Source: a virus. From it: a stretch of 64,000 nt of DNA. Location of the stretch: positions 15,235-79,234 of the IMG/VR virus record IMGVR_UViG_3300037961_005106. One strand, given 5' to 3'. This document shows positions 43,732-54,000 of the stretch, in pieces. Positions within the stretch are counted from its first letter, which is position 1. Every line of letters begins with the position of its first letter. Made by a program: the position numbers and the translations under genes. The notes under the pieces are model-generated. The model was not told where the DNA came from. It searched no databases and worked only from the letters and a program-made list of their open reading frames with translations.

Positions 43732-44487
43732 ATGGCTTATTTATCTGCCAAGAAAATTTATCCGGGTAACTTCAACGAGCCTTTAAACGGTTGGTACAAA
43801 AACATTGATACCAACGACAGTGGCTCTAACGACGCTTCAAACGGTGGTCCTACTTCAGTTCTTGCTAACCCCGGTTGGCAGTTCTATCAACTGCGTGGTT
43901 ATGTCCCTGTGACTACCACCGGTTACACCTCTTCTGCCAGCGTTATCATTCCTTCCCCTTATCGGAATGATGATACTCGCACTGACATCACTGGCATGGT
44001 TGTCTCTGCTGACACCACTCGCCCTGCTTATGTCTATCGCACAAACCTTTCCGTGGCCCAAGGCTGGGGTGATGGTCGTGTTGCAGAAAGTGGCTTGATG
44101 ACCTCTGGTGCTACTCAAGTCGTTGCTTTCGGCCCTGCAGGCCCCGTGAGCACGTCTGGTGTTGTCGAAGGTGCCAACCTTGTTGCTGCCTCTAACAACA
44201 TCGCTGCAGGCTCCGCTGGTTATGGTACTAATCCTTTCCAGAACATCACTGGCATTGTTACCAAAGAGTGGCTGTATGAAGAGTTGACTACGGATACCAC
44301 CTTCGAGGTGTATTCCAAGGCAACAACCAACGCAACTGCACTGAATGGCGGCTTCTCCATTCACGCTGATGATGTTGCTGCTGGACGTACTGGTTACATC
44401 CTGGTTGAAGTTTGCTACATCCGTCCTGATACGGCTGTTGCTTACGCCGACATGGAACAGTATCTGCCTAACCGTACTGTTAGCTGA
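43732..44487 (+). CDS. Structural protein (capsid decoration/minor capsid candidate)
   Basis: Follows the MCP with the same codon bias; beta-rich. Confidence 0.6.
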   Translation: MAYLSAKKIYPGNFNEPLNGWYKNIDTNDSGSNDASNGGPTSVLANPGWQFYQLRGYVPVTTTGYTSSASVIIPSPYRNDDTRTDITGMVVSADTTRPAYVYRTNLSVAQGWGDGRVAESGLMTSGATQVVAFGPAGPVSTSGVVEGANLVAASNNIAAGSAGYGTNPFQNITGIVTKEWLYEELTTDTTFEVYSKATTNATALNGGFSIHADDVAAGRTGYILVEVCYIRPDTAVAYADMEQYLPNRTVS

Positions 44488-44528
44488 TAATTAAGGTAAT
44501 ATAGGACCAGAGAGTTAATCTGGTCCTT

Positions 44529-44939
44529 ATGCTTTATCAGCACGTAAAAACAGGAGCGCGAGTTAAAGTTGTTAGTGAGTGGGATGATGGCGACTGGTTC
44601 ATGATCGAAGATCAAGATGGTCGAGTCTTTACCGCTTACAAAACAGAAGTTGTACCAGACGAGAAGGCAACTAAAAAAGTTAAAACCCTTCAAGTCAAAG
44701 ATGCAGCAGCGAAAGAAGAAGTTCGTAAGTTCCCTCCTGAGACACGCCTTAATATCAATTCAGCGACCGCCCAAATGATTGCTGATCATATTAAAGGAAT
44801 TGGTTTAAAGACTGCTCGCGAAATCAAGGATCTGCAACTTTCTTTGTCGGGTGAAAGATTCCATAGTTTGGATCAGTTAAAACAAATCAAACGTGTTGAT
44901 TGGGATTCTGTTTTTGCGGCTGATTTGGTTAGAGTTTGA
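44529..44939 (+). CDS. Helix-hairpin-helix (ComEA-like) DNA-binding protein
   Basis: LNINSAT......IKGIG.KTA.EI.......F.SLDQL..I. Confidence 0.75.
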   Translation: MLYQHVKTGARVKVVSEWDDGDWFMIEDQDGRVFTAYKTEVVPDEKATKKVKTLQVKDAAAKEEVRKFPPETRLNINSATAQMIADHIKGIGLKTAREIKDLQLSLSGERFHSLDQLKQIKRVDWDSVFAADLVRV

Positions 44940-44941
44940 TT

Positions 44942-44963
44942 AAAGCCCTTCGGGGCTTTTTTT
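44942..44963 (+). terminator. Intrinsic terminator after the capsid operon
   Basis: AAAGCCC-TTCG-GGGCTTT followed by further T residues. Confidence 0.85.
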
Positions 44964-45003
44964 ATTAACGCAAAGTATAATAAAAAAATACTGGCGGCTT
45001 ACA

Positions 45004-45483
45004 GTGCAACTATCTGATTTTAATAAAAGTCGTGTTCGATATCATTTGGGATACTACGTTGTTAGTGTTCCAGCAGGTGATTATGCACGCCTGGAAGAGT
45101 CATTAAACTCTGTTCCAGATGCAGTGTTTCACGACAAAATTATTCTTCAGATTGGTCGTTGTGATGCTGCAGAAAAGAAAACCCAACTTGCTTCGTTTGA
45201 GGACACGTTCCAAGTACCAAGTACTAGGGTTGAAGGAATTATTGGCGACGTTGATCGTACCATTCGTTCCAGCAGTATTAAAGAAGCCCTGAAGCTTTGG
45301 GACGAGGTCTACATGTATGAGACCAACCGTCTTGCTCAGATTCTTTATGTTCCTAACTATAAGGATCCTATGCAAGCCCGGTATCGCTATGAGCGATCAG
45401 GAGCTGAATTTATCCAGGCATTACCTGGCCCTGCTGATACTGCAATCGGCGCAAACATCTACCTTCACGCTACGACTAGATAA
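45004..45483 (+). CDS. Head-tail adaptor/completion protein candidate
   Basis: K.RVRYHLGY N-terminus; position after the capsid operon. Confidence 0.55.
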   Translation: MQLSDFNKSRVRYHLGYYVVSVPAGDYARLEESLNSVPDAVFHDKIILQIGRCDAAEKKTQLASFEDTFQVPSTRVEGIIGDVDRTIRSSSIKEALKLWDEVYMYETNRLAQILYVPNYKDPMQARYRYERSGAEFIQALPGPADTAIGANIYLHATTR

Positions 45484-45485
45484 TC

Positions 45486-46658
45486 ATGACTTCTTCTTAT
45501 AATCCTATGCAATTTGGCGGAATTGGTGGACGACGTGTTCCAGCAGCACAGCCTTTTGTAATGCCTAGTTTCAACGCTCCCCCTGGGCCTTGGAACCAAG
45601 CTGTTCCTACTTCTGTTTCTCCTGCTTCCATTATTACTCGATCTGCACCTAAACAAGTAGTACAGCAAGGCGGTAAAACAGTATTAAAACAAGGAGCAAG
45701 AGGAGTAGGACGATTTCTTGGACCAGCAGTAGATCTTGGATATGGAGCATATGAAGCACAACAAGCAGCTAAAGAAGGTAGAAATCCTCTTCGACAATTA
45801 GCAAAAACAGCAACTGGAGCTGCCGCAGGAGGTCTTGCAGTAGCTGGAGGAGGAATGGTTGGGGTACCCACTACTGGACCTGTTGGTGCGGCGGCTGCTA
45901 TAGGTTTATACACACCTACTTCCCTGGGAGCAGAAGCTTTATTTGATGTTATGTTCCCAGAACAAGTTACTAAAAAAGATGATTTTGTATATGGAAGAAC
46001 ACCCGGAACATTCCAACCTAAAAAAAATGGGAAAGGTGTAGACTTCTTGCCCGGACAAGATGTTATTGGGCCAGTACCACAACCACGCACAGGTAAAGGT
46101 GGTTTTGTAGTAGTACCTAAAAAAGAAGGTGGAGGAATTCGTTGGGATCCTAATTTTGATCAATCTTCTATTTATAAAAAAGAACCAGTTGTTCAAGAAA
46201 CACTTCCTCCTTTTAATCCCAACCAAGACCTTCCTGCTTCTGCTGAACAGTCTGTTGATACTGCTCCTTTCCAGCATCAAATGGCTATTTATGAGCAAGG
46301 AAGGAATGCTGCTCAAACACAAGCAGAACGTAATCAAGTACGTGATTTAGGACTTGCTATTCATAAAGCACATAACCCACAGCTTTATAGCAACTTCCAA
46401 ACACCAATGGCATCAGATCGAACCTTTAATCCTTTAATGGCTAATATGTTCCCTGATACTTATCCTCAAACAAGAGAAGCGTTTATTCAAGAACGTGGTG
46501 TACAAATGCCACAAACAATGACTAATGTTGATGCACGTAATGAACTTATTGAAGGTAATCGTTTAGAAGGAGAACGAATTGCTGGAGAGCTAGCTAGTAA
46601 TTTAGAAGTACAAGATTTTATGAAGAAGTTCTTAAGCGCACAAACGGGGGCACAATAA
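45486..46658 (+). CDS. Putative virion protein with a hydrophobic Gly/Ala segment
   Basis: ATGAAAGGLAVAGGGMVG...AAAAIG. Confidence 0.55.
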   Translation: MTSSYNPMQFGGIGGRRVPAAQPFVMPSFNAPPGPWNQAVPTSVSPASIITRSAPKQVVQQGGKTVLKQGARGVGRFLGPAVDLGYGAYEAQQAAKEGRNPLRQLAKTATGAAAGGLAVAGGGMVGVPTTGPVGAAAAIGLYTPTSLGAEALFDVMFPEQVTKKDDFVYGRTPGTFQPKKNGKGVDFLPGQDVIGPVPQPRTGKGGFVVVPKKEGGGIRWDPNFDQSSIYKKEPVVQETLPPFNPNQDLPASAEQSVDTAPFQHQMAIYEQGRNAAQTQAERNQVRDLGLAIHKAHNPQLYSNFQTPMASDRTFNPLMANMFPDTYPQTREAFIQERGVQMPQTMTNVDARNELIEGNRLEGERIAGELASNLEVQDFMKKFLSAQTGAQ

Positions 46659-47290
46659 TGTCTACAACACTAAGTAAAAAACAACTAGCAAAACTTTTGT
46701 TGCAAGGTGGTTTTACTGAGCAACAAGTACCAGCAATGTTAGAAATTGCTAGGCGTGAATCGTCATTAAACCCCTTGGCTTTAAATCCTAATGCTGATAC
46801 AGGAGACTTAAGCTACGGTTTATTTCAAATTAATATGCTTGGAGGCATGGGGCCAGAAAGAAGGAAAGCATTAGGTTTAAAATCTAATGAAGAACTTTAT
46901 GATCCAGCAACAAATGTAAGAGCTGCTAAATATATTTATGACATGCAAGGTCCGCAAGCATGGTCAGTATATGACGCAACAGACCCTGCTTTTACTAATT
47001 TAAATTTTAATGATGATACTTCATCAAGGCAGGGAAATACCTATAACATTAATGTTGAAGCTCCTAAAGAAAAACCCAAACAAAAAAAAGATCCTTTTGA
47101 ACAGTTATTGCTAGGGCAATTCTTTAATAATCCTACTGGTACTACTGGTCACCCTTTTCAGCAAATGTTGGGAGCAATTCAAAGGCAAGGACAAGGACCA
47201 GGAACTGTATTTAAACAACTTCAAGACCAAGGACAAAAACTTGCAGATAATTTGCTCAAACAGTATCAAAGCTTTAGTGGATTTAATTAA
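46658..47290 (+). CDS. Lytic transglycosylase (SLT-like), probably virion-associated
   Basis: IA.RESS.NP.A.N...DLSYGLFQIN...L.DP.TN.RAA..IY...G..AWSVY. Confidence 0.85.
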   Translation: MSTTLSKKQLAKLLLQGGFTEQQVPAMLEIARRESSLNPLALNPNADTGDLSYGLFQINMLGGMGPERRKALGLKSNEELYDPATNVRAAKYIYDMQGPQAWSVYDATDPAFTNLNFNDDTSSRQGNTYNINVEAPKEKPKQKKDPFEQLLLGQFFNNPTGTTGHPFQQMLGAIQRQGQGPGTVFKQLQDQGQKLADNLLKQYQSFSGFN

Positions 47291-47327
47291 TAGTAGGATA
47301 AAATAGATAGATAAGACAGTAACGTAA

Positions 47328-48122
47328 ATGACAGCCACTAATACCAATAAGCAACCTGTGTTTGTTGATCGTCCGTTGCTGGCACGGACACGACTAACAA
47401 ATCAAGTTGTTGGTAATAACACGGATCTTAATGTACAAGGTGGCCAAAGTCCTGGCTTACTTGTTGACATGGATGCAACTTTAAGTTCAGACAACAATAG
47501 TGGCGGTGTTGTTGATTCAATTACGATTCTTCGTGATGATACTTCAAATGCTGTTCATACTGATTACACCATTAATGCAGATACATCAGGCACCTTTATT
47601 GGTTTAACAAAGGGCCAAATTGTTTACGTAGAAAACACAGGTGTCTTAACAACTCCTGCAGAAAGTGGCCAAGGTTATTACACCTATACAGGTGACACAG
47701 CATTAAATGTTGTTAATACAGCTATTCATTTTTCTGGTGTTGCATCCCCCACTGCCTCAGGTTTTACCTTTACTTCCTTAAGTGCAACGACTCTTCCCGC
47801 TGTTACATTCGTTGTCTACCACACTCGCGGTACAACAGTACCGATCCCTGGTGACGGTGACTATGTTCCTGTTTTTAGCAAAACTGTTCCTACTAATTCT
47901 GGTTTTGTTGATTGTTCGGATGTAATGCCTGAACTTGCAACACCGGTACCACAACAAGGTAATACCGGAGGTTTAGGACCGAGGACACCACTTAAGAATC
48001 GTGGTATTTATTTGCAGCGTGGAGATAGGCTTTATGTTGGTGTTCTTCAACGTGGTGTTTACAATACTGCTTCTGGCTATATTCCTGGTGCTCACATTGT
48101 GGCGCAAGGCGGATACTATTGA
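47328..48122 (+). CDS. Structural protein (beta-rich, tail-associated candidate)
   Basis: TNKQP.FVDRP start, AQGGYY end. Confidence 0.6.
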   Translation: MTATNTNKQPVFVDRPLLARTRLTNQVVGNNTDLNVQGGQSPGLLVDMDATLSSDNNSGGVVDSITILRDDTSNAVHTDYTINADTSGTFIGLTKGQIVYVENTGVLTTPAESGQGYYTYTGDTALNVVNTAIHFSGVASPTASGFTFTSLSATTLPAVTFVVYHTRGTTVPIPGDGDYVPVFSKTVPTNSGFVDCSDVMPELATPVPQQGNTGGLGPRTPLKNRGIYLQRGDRLYVGVLQRGVYNTASGYIPGAHIVAQGGYY

Positions 48123-48125
48123 TCC

Positions 48126-49778
48126 ATGGCAAAAAAGAATAAAAACACATTCGGTGGAGGTAGTTCTTTTGGACGCTTCCAAGGATCTGTTTTTAGTGGA
48201 GGTACACCAGAAGTAAAAAAATATAAAGTAGAACCTGTTGAAGGTGTTTTTGGTGGTTCAATACCTAACTCTTTATACACTGTTGAACGAGAAGCTACCT
48301 GGTCACGATGGCGTCGGGGTTGGGAGTTAGGTGCAGCAAACCTTGCAAACACGGCTTATGAATATCCATTTGAATATATTATTCCAACGACAACAGGAGC
48401 AGTTGATCAAATTGGAGCAAGAGAACCATTGATGTCAGGTGTCTTTAGAGGATTCCCAACAAAAAATAAAGAGTTAGGTATTCACTGGGCGGGAAAGATT
48501 GAGCCTGGGAACCTACGGTTCGATCGTTTAACCGATAGTTCAGGAACATTACTAGCGATTTCAGGAGAGGTAAACAAAAATACTTTGTATTTAGGAGTAC
48601 CACAAGACAATGAAAACTATTGGTACATGCAGCTAAGTGGCACGTTTAATACAGTTAATCCTGTACCACCTCCACTGTACGTAACCTTTTCTGGTACAAA
48701 TCAAACATTAAAACCAATTGTTGGGGATATTCTTGAAGATAAAATTATTACTGCTTCAGGACAAGCTATTGATCTTGAAAGCAGAGACCCAGCAACAAAC
48801 CGTCGTTTTGGGTTTGTTCAGGCTGTGTTAGCTGGTGTAGATCAGTTCCAAGGCATTTTAAAATTAGAAAAATTAGGTTCTGTACAAGGAACAATCGATG
48901 GAATTTTAGCTACACCATCAAGAATCCCACCACATAGTGGACGTTTTTTACAAACAGGAGCAAGATATTGTTGTTCATGTCAAGACTTTACAAGAAGAGA
49001 CTATGCTTATCTATCTAATTTAGGAGTAAGAAAGAAACCTTTATTCCCAAGAGCCAATGTTTCAAGCATAAAACCAGGACGTATTGAAGAGGTTTTTGAA
49101 CTTGGACAACTGTCAAACGCAATGATGACAGAAGTTAATGAAAAGATTGTACAAAATAGATCCCTGACAATTGTTGCACCTAGTGGTTATCAGTTGGTAG
49201 GTATATCTGCCAGTGGGGAAACAAAAGACGTAAGAGATCCTAAAGCACTCTATCGAGACTCTCCAGGACAATATAATGATTTTGGTAAAGTATATCGCCG
49301 TGGATTTGGTGATAACCCATCACCAACACAGGTAGCAGAAGGGATGCCAAAGTATGGAGATTACAAACAAAGCGGATTAGATATTACTGAAATTTCTGAT
49401 GATTGGACATATGTTTTAGATCAGTATCGTTATTGCAAACACATCTATGCAATGAAATATATTGCCGGAGAATTTCCTATTGAACCTTCTGACTTCCCTA
49501 TTGATGCAGGTTTAATGTCGGAATGGGAAAGTTCTTTAATAGATAAAACAGTAACAGAACAAACTAAATCATTACGTGAATTTATAAATTATGGTGTTAG
49601 TCACATGGACATTCCACCATTTAATTGTCAATCTCCGGTTATGATACCGATGCTACAAAAGCTTTTTAATTTTCCTTCAGAATTTATTGAGCTACAACAA
49701 TTCATTATGCGAGACAAAAACGGGATTGCTTATATTCCAGCCTCTGGACAAAAACCAAACGCAGATGGTCAATCATAA
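48126..49778 (+). CDS. Large protein with split SWIM-type Zn ligands
   Basis: YCCSCQDF ... about 150 aa ... YCKHIYA. Confidence 0.6.
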   Translation: MAKKNKNTFGGGSSFGRFQGSVFSGGTPEVKKYKVEPVEGVFGGSIPNSLYTVEREATWSRWRRGWELGAANLANTAYEYPFEYIIPTTTGAVDQIGAREPLMSGVFRGFPTKNKELGIHWAGKIEPGNLRFDRLTDSSGTLLAISGEVNKNTLYLGVPQDNENYWYMQLSGTFNTVNPVPPPLYVTFSGTNQTLKPIVGDILEDKIITASGQAIDLESRDPATNRRFGFVQAVLAGVDQFQGILKLEKLGSVQGTIDGILATPSRIPPHSGRFLQTGARYCCSCQDFTRRDYAYLSNLGVRKKPLFPRANVSSIKPGRIEEVFELGQLSNAMMTEVNEKIVQNRSLTIVAPSGYQLVGISASGETKDVRDPKALYRDSPGQYNDFGKVYRRGFGDNPSPTQVAEGMPKYGDYKQSGLDITEISDDWTYVLDQYRYCKHIYAMKYIAGEFPIEPSDFPIDAGLMSEWESSLIDKTVTEQTKSLREFINYGVSHMDIPPFNCQSPVMIPMLQKLFNFPSEFIELQQFIMRDKNGIAYIPASGQKPNADGQS

Positions 49779-49899
49779 GTAAATCTTAATAATATAGAAT
49801 ACTTGTATCAAGTTTCCAGAAGGTTCCTTGAGATCACTATTTTTACACCACTGCCCGTTCCCAGCGATGGGTATAGTAAGCACACTATCCCCTTAACTC

Positions 49900-50337
49900 A
49901 TGACTATCCGTAATGTGCCCAGGGATCAAGACATTCTAGATGAATTTTTTTCTTTGATGACTAAACCAGGACTAGAAAAAGTGGCCTGGTTGTTTGGTAT
50001 GGTGGCTGTATATGGTAAGACTCCTGAAGACTTAAAAGACTTCTCTTGGAATGAAGATTACTCGATTAATCTTCAATGCAAAAAAAGAGCCGTGCGCCCA
50101 CTCCATCCTCAGTGGGTGTTTTTGTTTCAGCTCAAAGAAAAACAGCCCTCCAAAACGAAGAGCTGTTGGGAAAGTCTCTCCAAGGCATTAAACCAAACAC
50201 AAGACGATGGTCTTGTTTCACAGCTCGACGAAGTCCTCCTGGCCCATAAGGTCCGTAAGATTTATTACACACCAACTAAGCAGCGTCGGACAATCGGCTC
50301 TCGAAAGAAACAATGTCGGCAGTTGTGTGCGGCTTAG
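49900..50337 (+). CDS. Degenerate miniature tyrosine-recombinase-like protein
   Basis: W.FGM.A.YGKTPED and R.VRPLHPQWV.LF.L resemble cyanobacterial integrase TYGLRPHE/PLHPEWV; catalytic Arg absent. Confidence 0.55.
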   Translation: MTIRNVPRDQDILDEFFSLMTKPGLEKVAWLFGMVAVYGKTPEDLKDFSWNEDYSINLQCKKRAVRPLHPQWVFLFQLKEKQPSKTKSCWESLSKALNQTQDDGLVSQLDEVLLAHKVRKIYYTPTKQRRTIGSRKKQCRQLCAA

Positions 50338-50536
50338 CTTCTAGCTGAGTTGCTAGCAGCTTTTTGACTTTAGGAAGATTCCAACGGTAGTTATCCCTTG
50401 ACCTAGTCTCGGGGAATGCGGCATAATGCGTACCAAGTTTGCACGTACCGTCATCCCTCATCTGGAATAGCTGGGCACGATCAATACCAAGCTCTTCCAA
50501 TGCCTGCTTAACAGGAACCCAAGTTTTTTGTGTCAT
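50276..50536 (-). CDS. Excisionase-like winged HTH protein
   Basis: WV....A.E.LGI....L..MR..G..KLG.HY...YRWNL. Confidence 0.7.
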   Translation of the reverse strand: MTQKTWVPVKQALEELGIDRAQLFQMRDDGTCKLGTHYAAFPETRSRDNYRWNLPKVKKLLATQLEAKPHTTADIVSFESRLSDAA

Positions 50537-50665
50537 TGGGAAATAGAAACTACATACTTAAGGTACTTTTGCAAAACAAAACGTCAAGGTAGTTTACCTT
50601 AATTTAAGGGCGATGTATTTTTATGAAGTTTGGTGGACTTAAAATAACATAACGGCTAACAAAAC

Positions 50666-51025
50666 ATGTTCAGAACGGAGCACGAACCCCTCGCCCTCCT
50701 TGTTGAACTGTCGCCTCGATTAGCCAAGAAACGATTTAGAGAAGAAATATATAAAGATTGGGATCATAAATGTGCTTATTGCGGTGCTCCAGCAACATCT
50801 TTAGATCACATTGTACCTAAATACAAATCAGGTTGTAGCAATAGGCATAATTTAGTTCCTGCTTGTCGTCGTTGTAATTCAAATAAAGCTAGTCAACCAA
50901 TGGAAGAATGGTATCGACAACAAGATTTTTTTACTGAAATAAGGTTAGATGCAGTTCTTACTTGGGTCAAGTCAAATACTTTAGAATTGGTAGATAATTA
51001 TCTTTGCAACAAAGCAACAGCATAA
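50666..51025 (+). CDS. HNH endonuclease
   Basis: CAYCG...LDHIVP..K.G.....NLVPACRRCN..K. Confidence 0.9.
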   Translation: MFRTEHEPLALLVELSPRLAKKRFREEIYKDWDHKCAYCGAPATSLDHIVPKYKSGCSNRHNLVPACRRCNSNKASQPMEEWYRQQDFFTEIRLDAVLTWVKSNTLELVDNYLCNKATA

Positions 51026-54000
51026 TGTCTAATATTTATGCAGATTATGTCAGAAGGGAAGCTGATTTAACGCCACACTTTGATAGTATGGCACTTGATC
51101 CTAATCGAGGAGATGTTTATTATAACGGCAGGATTAAAGGCTGGGACGAATATTATGACAAACATAGAACTTATTTAAATGGTTTATGGAAAGCATTATC
51201 ACCTGAACGAAAAGATAAATTTATAGACATAGCCAAATCAAATGCCTTTATTGATTTAAATGGAGGTAGCAGTACAGATGTAAACGAACGTGCTATACGT
51301 GCGGCAAAACGTGTGATGGCGCGAGACTGGCATAAAGGAGTACGTTATTTTGCAGGAGAAGGTTTATTTAAAGATGAAAACGTTGTTGGAATGGAAGGAG
51401 GATCAGGCCAACAAAGAGGTCTTCATACGTACAGTGTTTTAAACCATGACAAAGTAGGAAATACACCTGTTAAAAACGTAGTTGTATTAACTTCAAATGG
51501 ACAAAACTATTTAAATGAAGGAGAACAAACAAAAGCTTATAACACTTATGGTAATTCGCATTGGAATAATTATGGAAAAAACGAAGCAAGAGCATTACCT
51601 GGAGCAAAGTTTAGTATAAAAAACGGAAAGTTATCTTACGAAAGCAGTCTTGTTGGTTCTGGATTAAAACAAAACTACGACAATATTGCAAAAAGTTTTA
51701 ATGATTCAGAGGGAGGAAATTATAAAGCTTTAATGGAAGGAGCCCTTGGCTCTTTATATAATACTTATCAAAGTGATTTTACAGACGGAGACTTTAATAC
51801 TTTTAGTGGTTACTATTTAGAAAATAAAGTACCTAAAAAAGCATCAAGTGATTATGCACAACCCCCTATGGGGACATTTGATTCCACCTATTATGCAGGA
51901 ACAAGCCGAGGACAAGCAGCATTACAGCGTTGGAATGATGCACAACAATCCGTATTAGGTTATCTTCCAGATTTAGATGTTGTTGGAGGATATGGTGTTG
52001 AGAATACAGAAAACAATATAAGACTTTTTCTTCATGGAACATATACAGATATTAAAAATTCAGGTATTGCGGATAAAGATAATCGAGGCAATAAACAAGA
52101 AGAAACCACAGCTTCTGATAACTATTATGAAAACTGGAATAAGTTATCAGATGCAGAACAACAAGCCTTTCGTGACAACCTTTTAGGTTTAACGCAAGGG
52201 ACAGCAAGTGGTGGTTTAACAGTTGATTGGGATAGTCCATATGTAACAACAATAAATGAAGATGGAGAAGAAGAAATTGTTTATGAGATAGATGCGGATG
52301 GAAACCGTGTCCCTGTTGTTAATACAGATGCTGTTAGTTTTTTAGAGAGTAGTGTCTTTAATATCTTTGGGCAAAAAGATTTAGAACAACAAGATAGGTT
52401 TCAAGCTCTAGCTTTAGATGTTTTAAAAACAGCCGTAGATAAATTAAACGCAGAAAGAAAACGAGAAAGTGAATTAAATATATATAGAGGTCTCCCTGGT
52501 TTTAATGAAATTTATGGTGCGAATGCAAGCATTGCTAATTCGTTAATAGGCGATAGCGGAATTGGTGGCTATTTATCAATGGCAGGAGTTAACGTTGATC
52601 GCTTAACCGAATCTTTTGAAGATCAGCTTTCAGGTGCTACGGGTATTTCTAATAACAGTAGTGTATATAACTGGCAAAAATGGTTTGACGAAACCATGCT
52701 GGAAAGATATCAAAATATAGAAGAAATAACTGGGAATATGCAAGCCAGTATTGAAGGCTTAGACCCTATTTTAGATGCTACTAAATGGGCTAGCTTCCAG
52801 GAAAAGGTTAATACTTTAGATCCAGAAACGCAAACAGAAGAATGGAATGCGTTAATGGATGCGAATAATTTAGCCCGTGGATTAACTAAAGATAGAGCAC
52901 TTGAAATTAAAAACCCAGACAATTGGAAAGCTTTATTAGAAAGATATGACTTAGATACTGCTTTAAACAAAGAAGAAGCGCAAGCTATTTTAGAAGCAGA
53001 TGAATCAAATATTAAACGAATTTATGCGATTGAAGATGACTTTAGGGATCGCTTTATTGATGACTATATTAAGCCGCGTTTTGATCAGTCTAAATCTATG
53101 GATGAATTTATTTCTTATTTAGACACATTAGACGAAGACGAACAGAACGTTTTTCAAACACAAGATGCCATGACGGCACTTAAAAATGTAGCGTCTGCTC
53201 ATGCAGCAGCAAAATTAAGTATGATTCAGGCCACGCCTGATCAAACGTTTGATCATACGTTTTACTTTGATCCAACTACTGCAATTGATACAAGAGAAGG
53301 TTTTGAAGGGCCTAGAGATGATGATTATAGAAAACAAGCAGAGCGTGTTCAAGCTGATTACGCCACTGCTATTTCCAACCCTAATGCTGTTATAGAAGGA
53401 ACAAAGACAGAAGCTTATCCAAATGGGATTACCTGGAATCAATATGCTTACTATTATGGTGTTGATTTAAATAACAAAGAACAATTTTCACGTTTACATT
53501 ATGATGCAATTGGTAAAAATTTAGCTTATGATCCAGCTAAAGATATTACTAGCGTTGCTGATATTAAAGGCTACATTGTTGATACAGTTATTCCAAAAGT
53601 AGCTGAAGCAAAATTAGATTTAGGAGACGCTTCTTTTTCTGCTTTTACTACGCCAGAAGAATTTGCTGATCACCTTTTAGAGGGTATTGATCCAACAGAA
53701 AACAACCCTGAGTGGAAAGAAATATTAGAAGAATTTGGCTTAGACCTAGAAACAAGTCTTGATGAATTAAAAGAATATATTATTGATATCACTAGAACTG
53801 GTGCAGCAAAAGAGATTAGAGAATCAATTAAATATTTAAATGAAAAAAAATTAAAGCCGACACAAGATCGTTTAGGAGTTACTTATATTGAAAGAGATGA
53901 AGATCAAAAAGATATTGATCCAGAAAACCAAAGTAGTTTATATCAGATTTTTGCTAATGCTGGCTATGCAGGAACAGAAGATGAGTTCTTTACTGATTTC

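Noticed and set aside
44529-44939. HhH protein as photosystem II PsbU
   Set aside because: No signal peptide and an SH3-like N-terminus; a generic ComEA-type HhH fits better. No psbA, psbD or hli genes were seen in the window
43855-46337. Long antisense ORFs (43855-44364, 45497-46090, 45939-46337)
   Set aside because: They mirror codon bias of the plus-strand genes; no motifs or RBS
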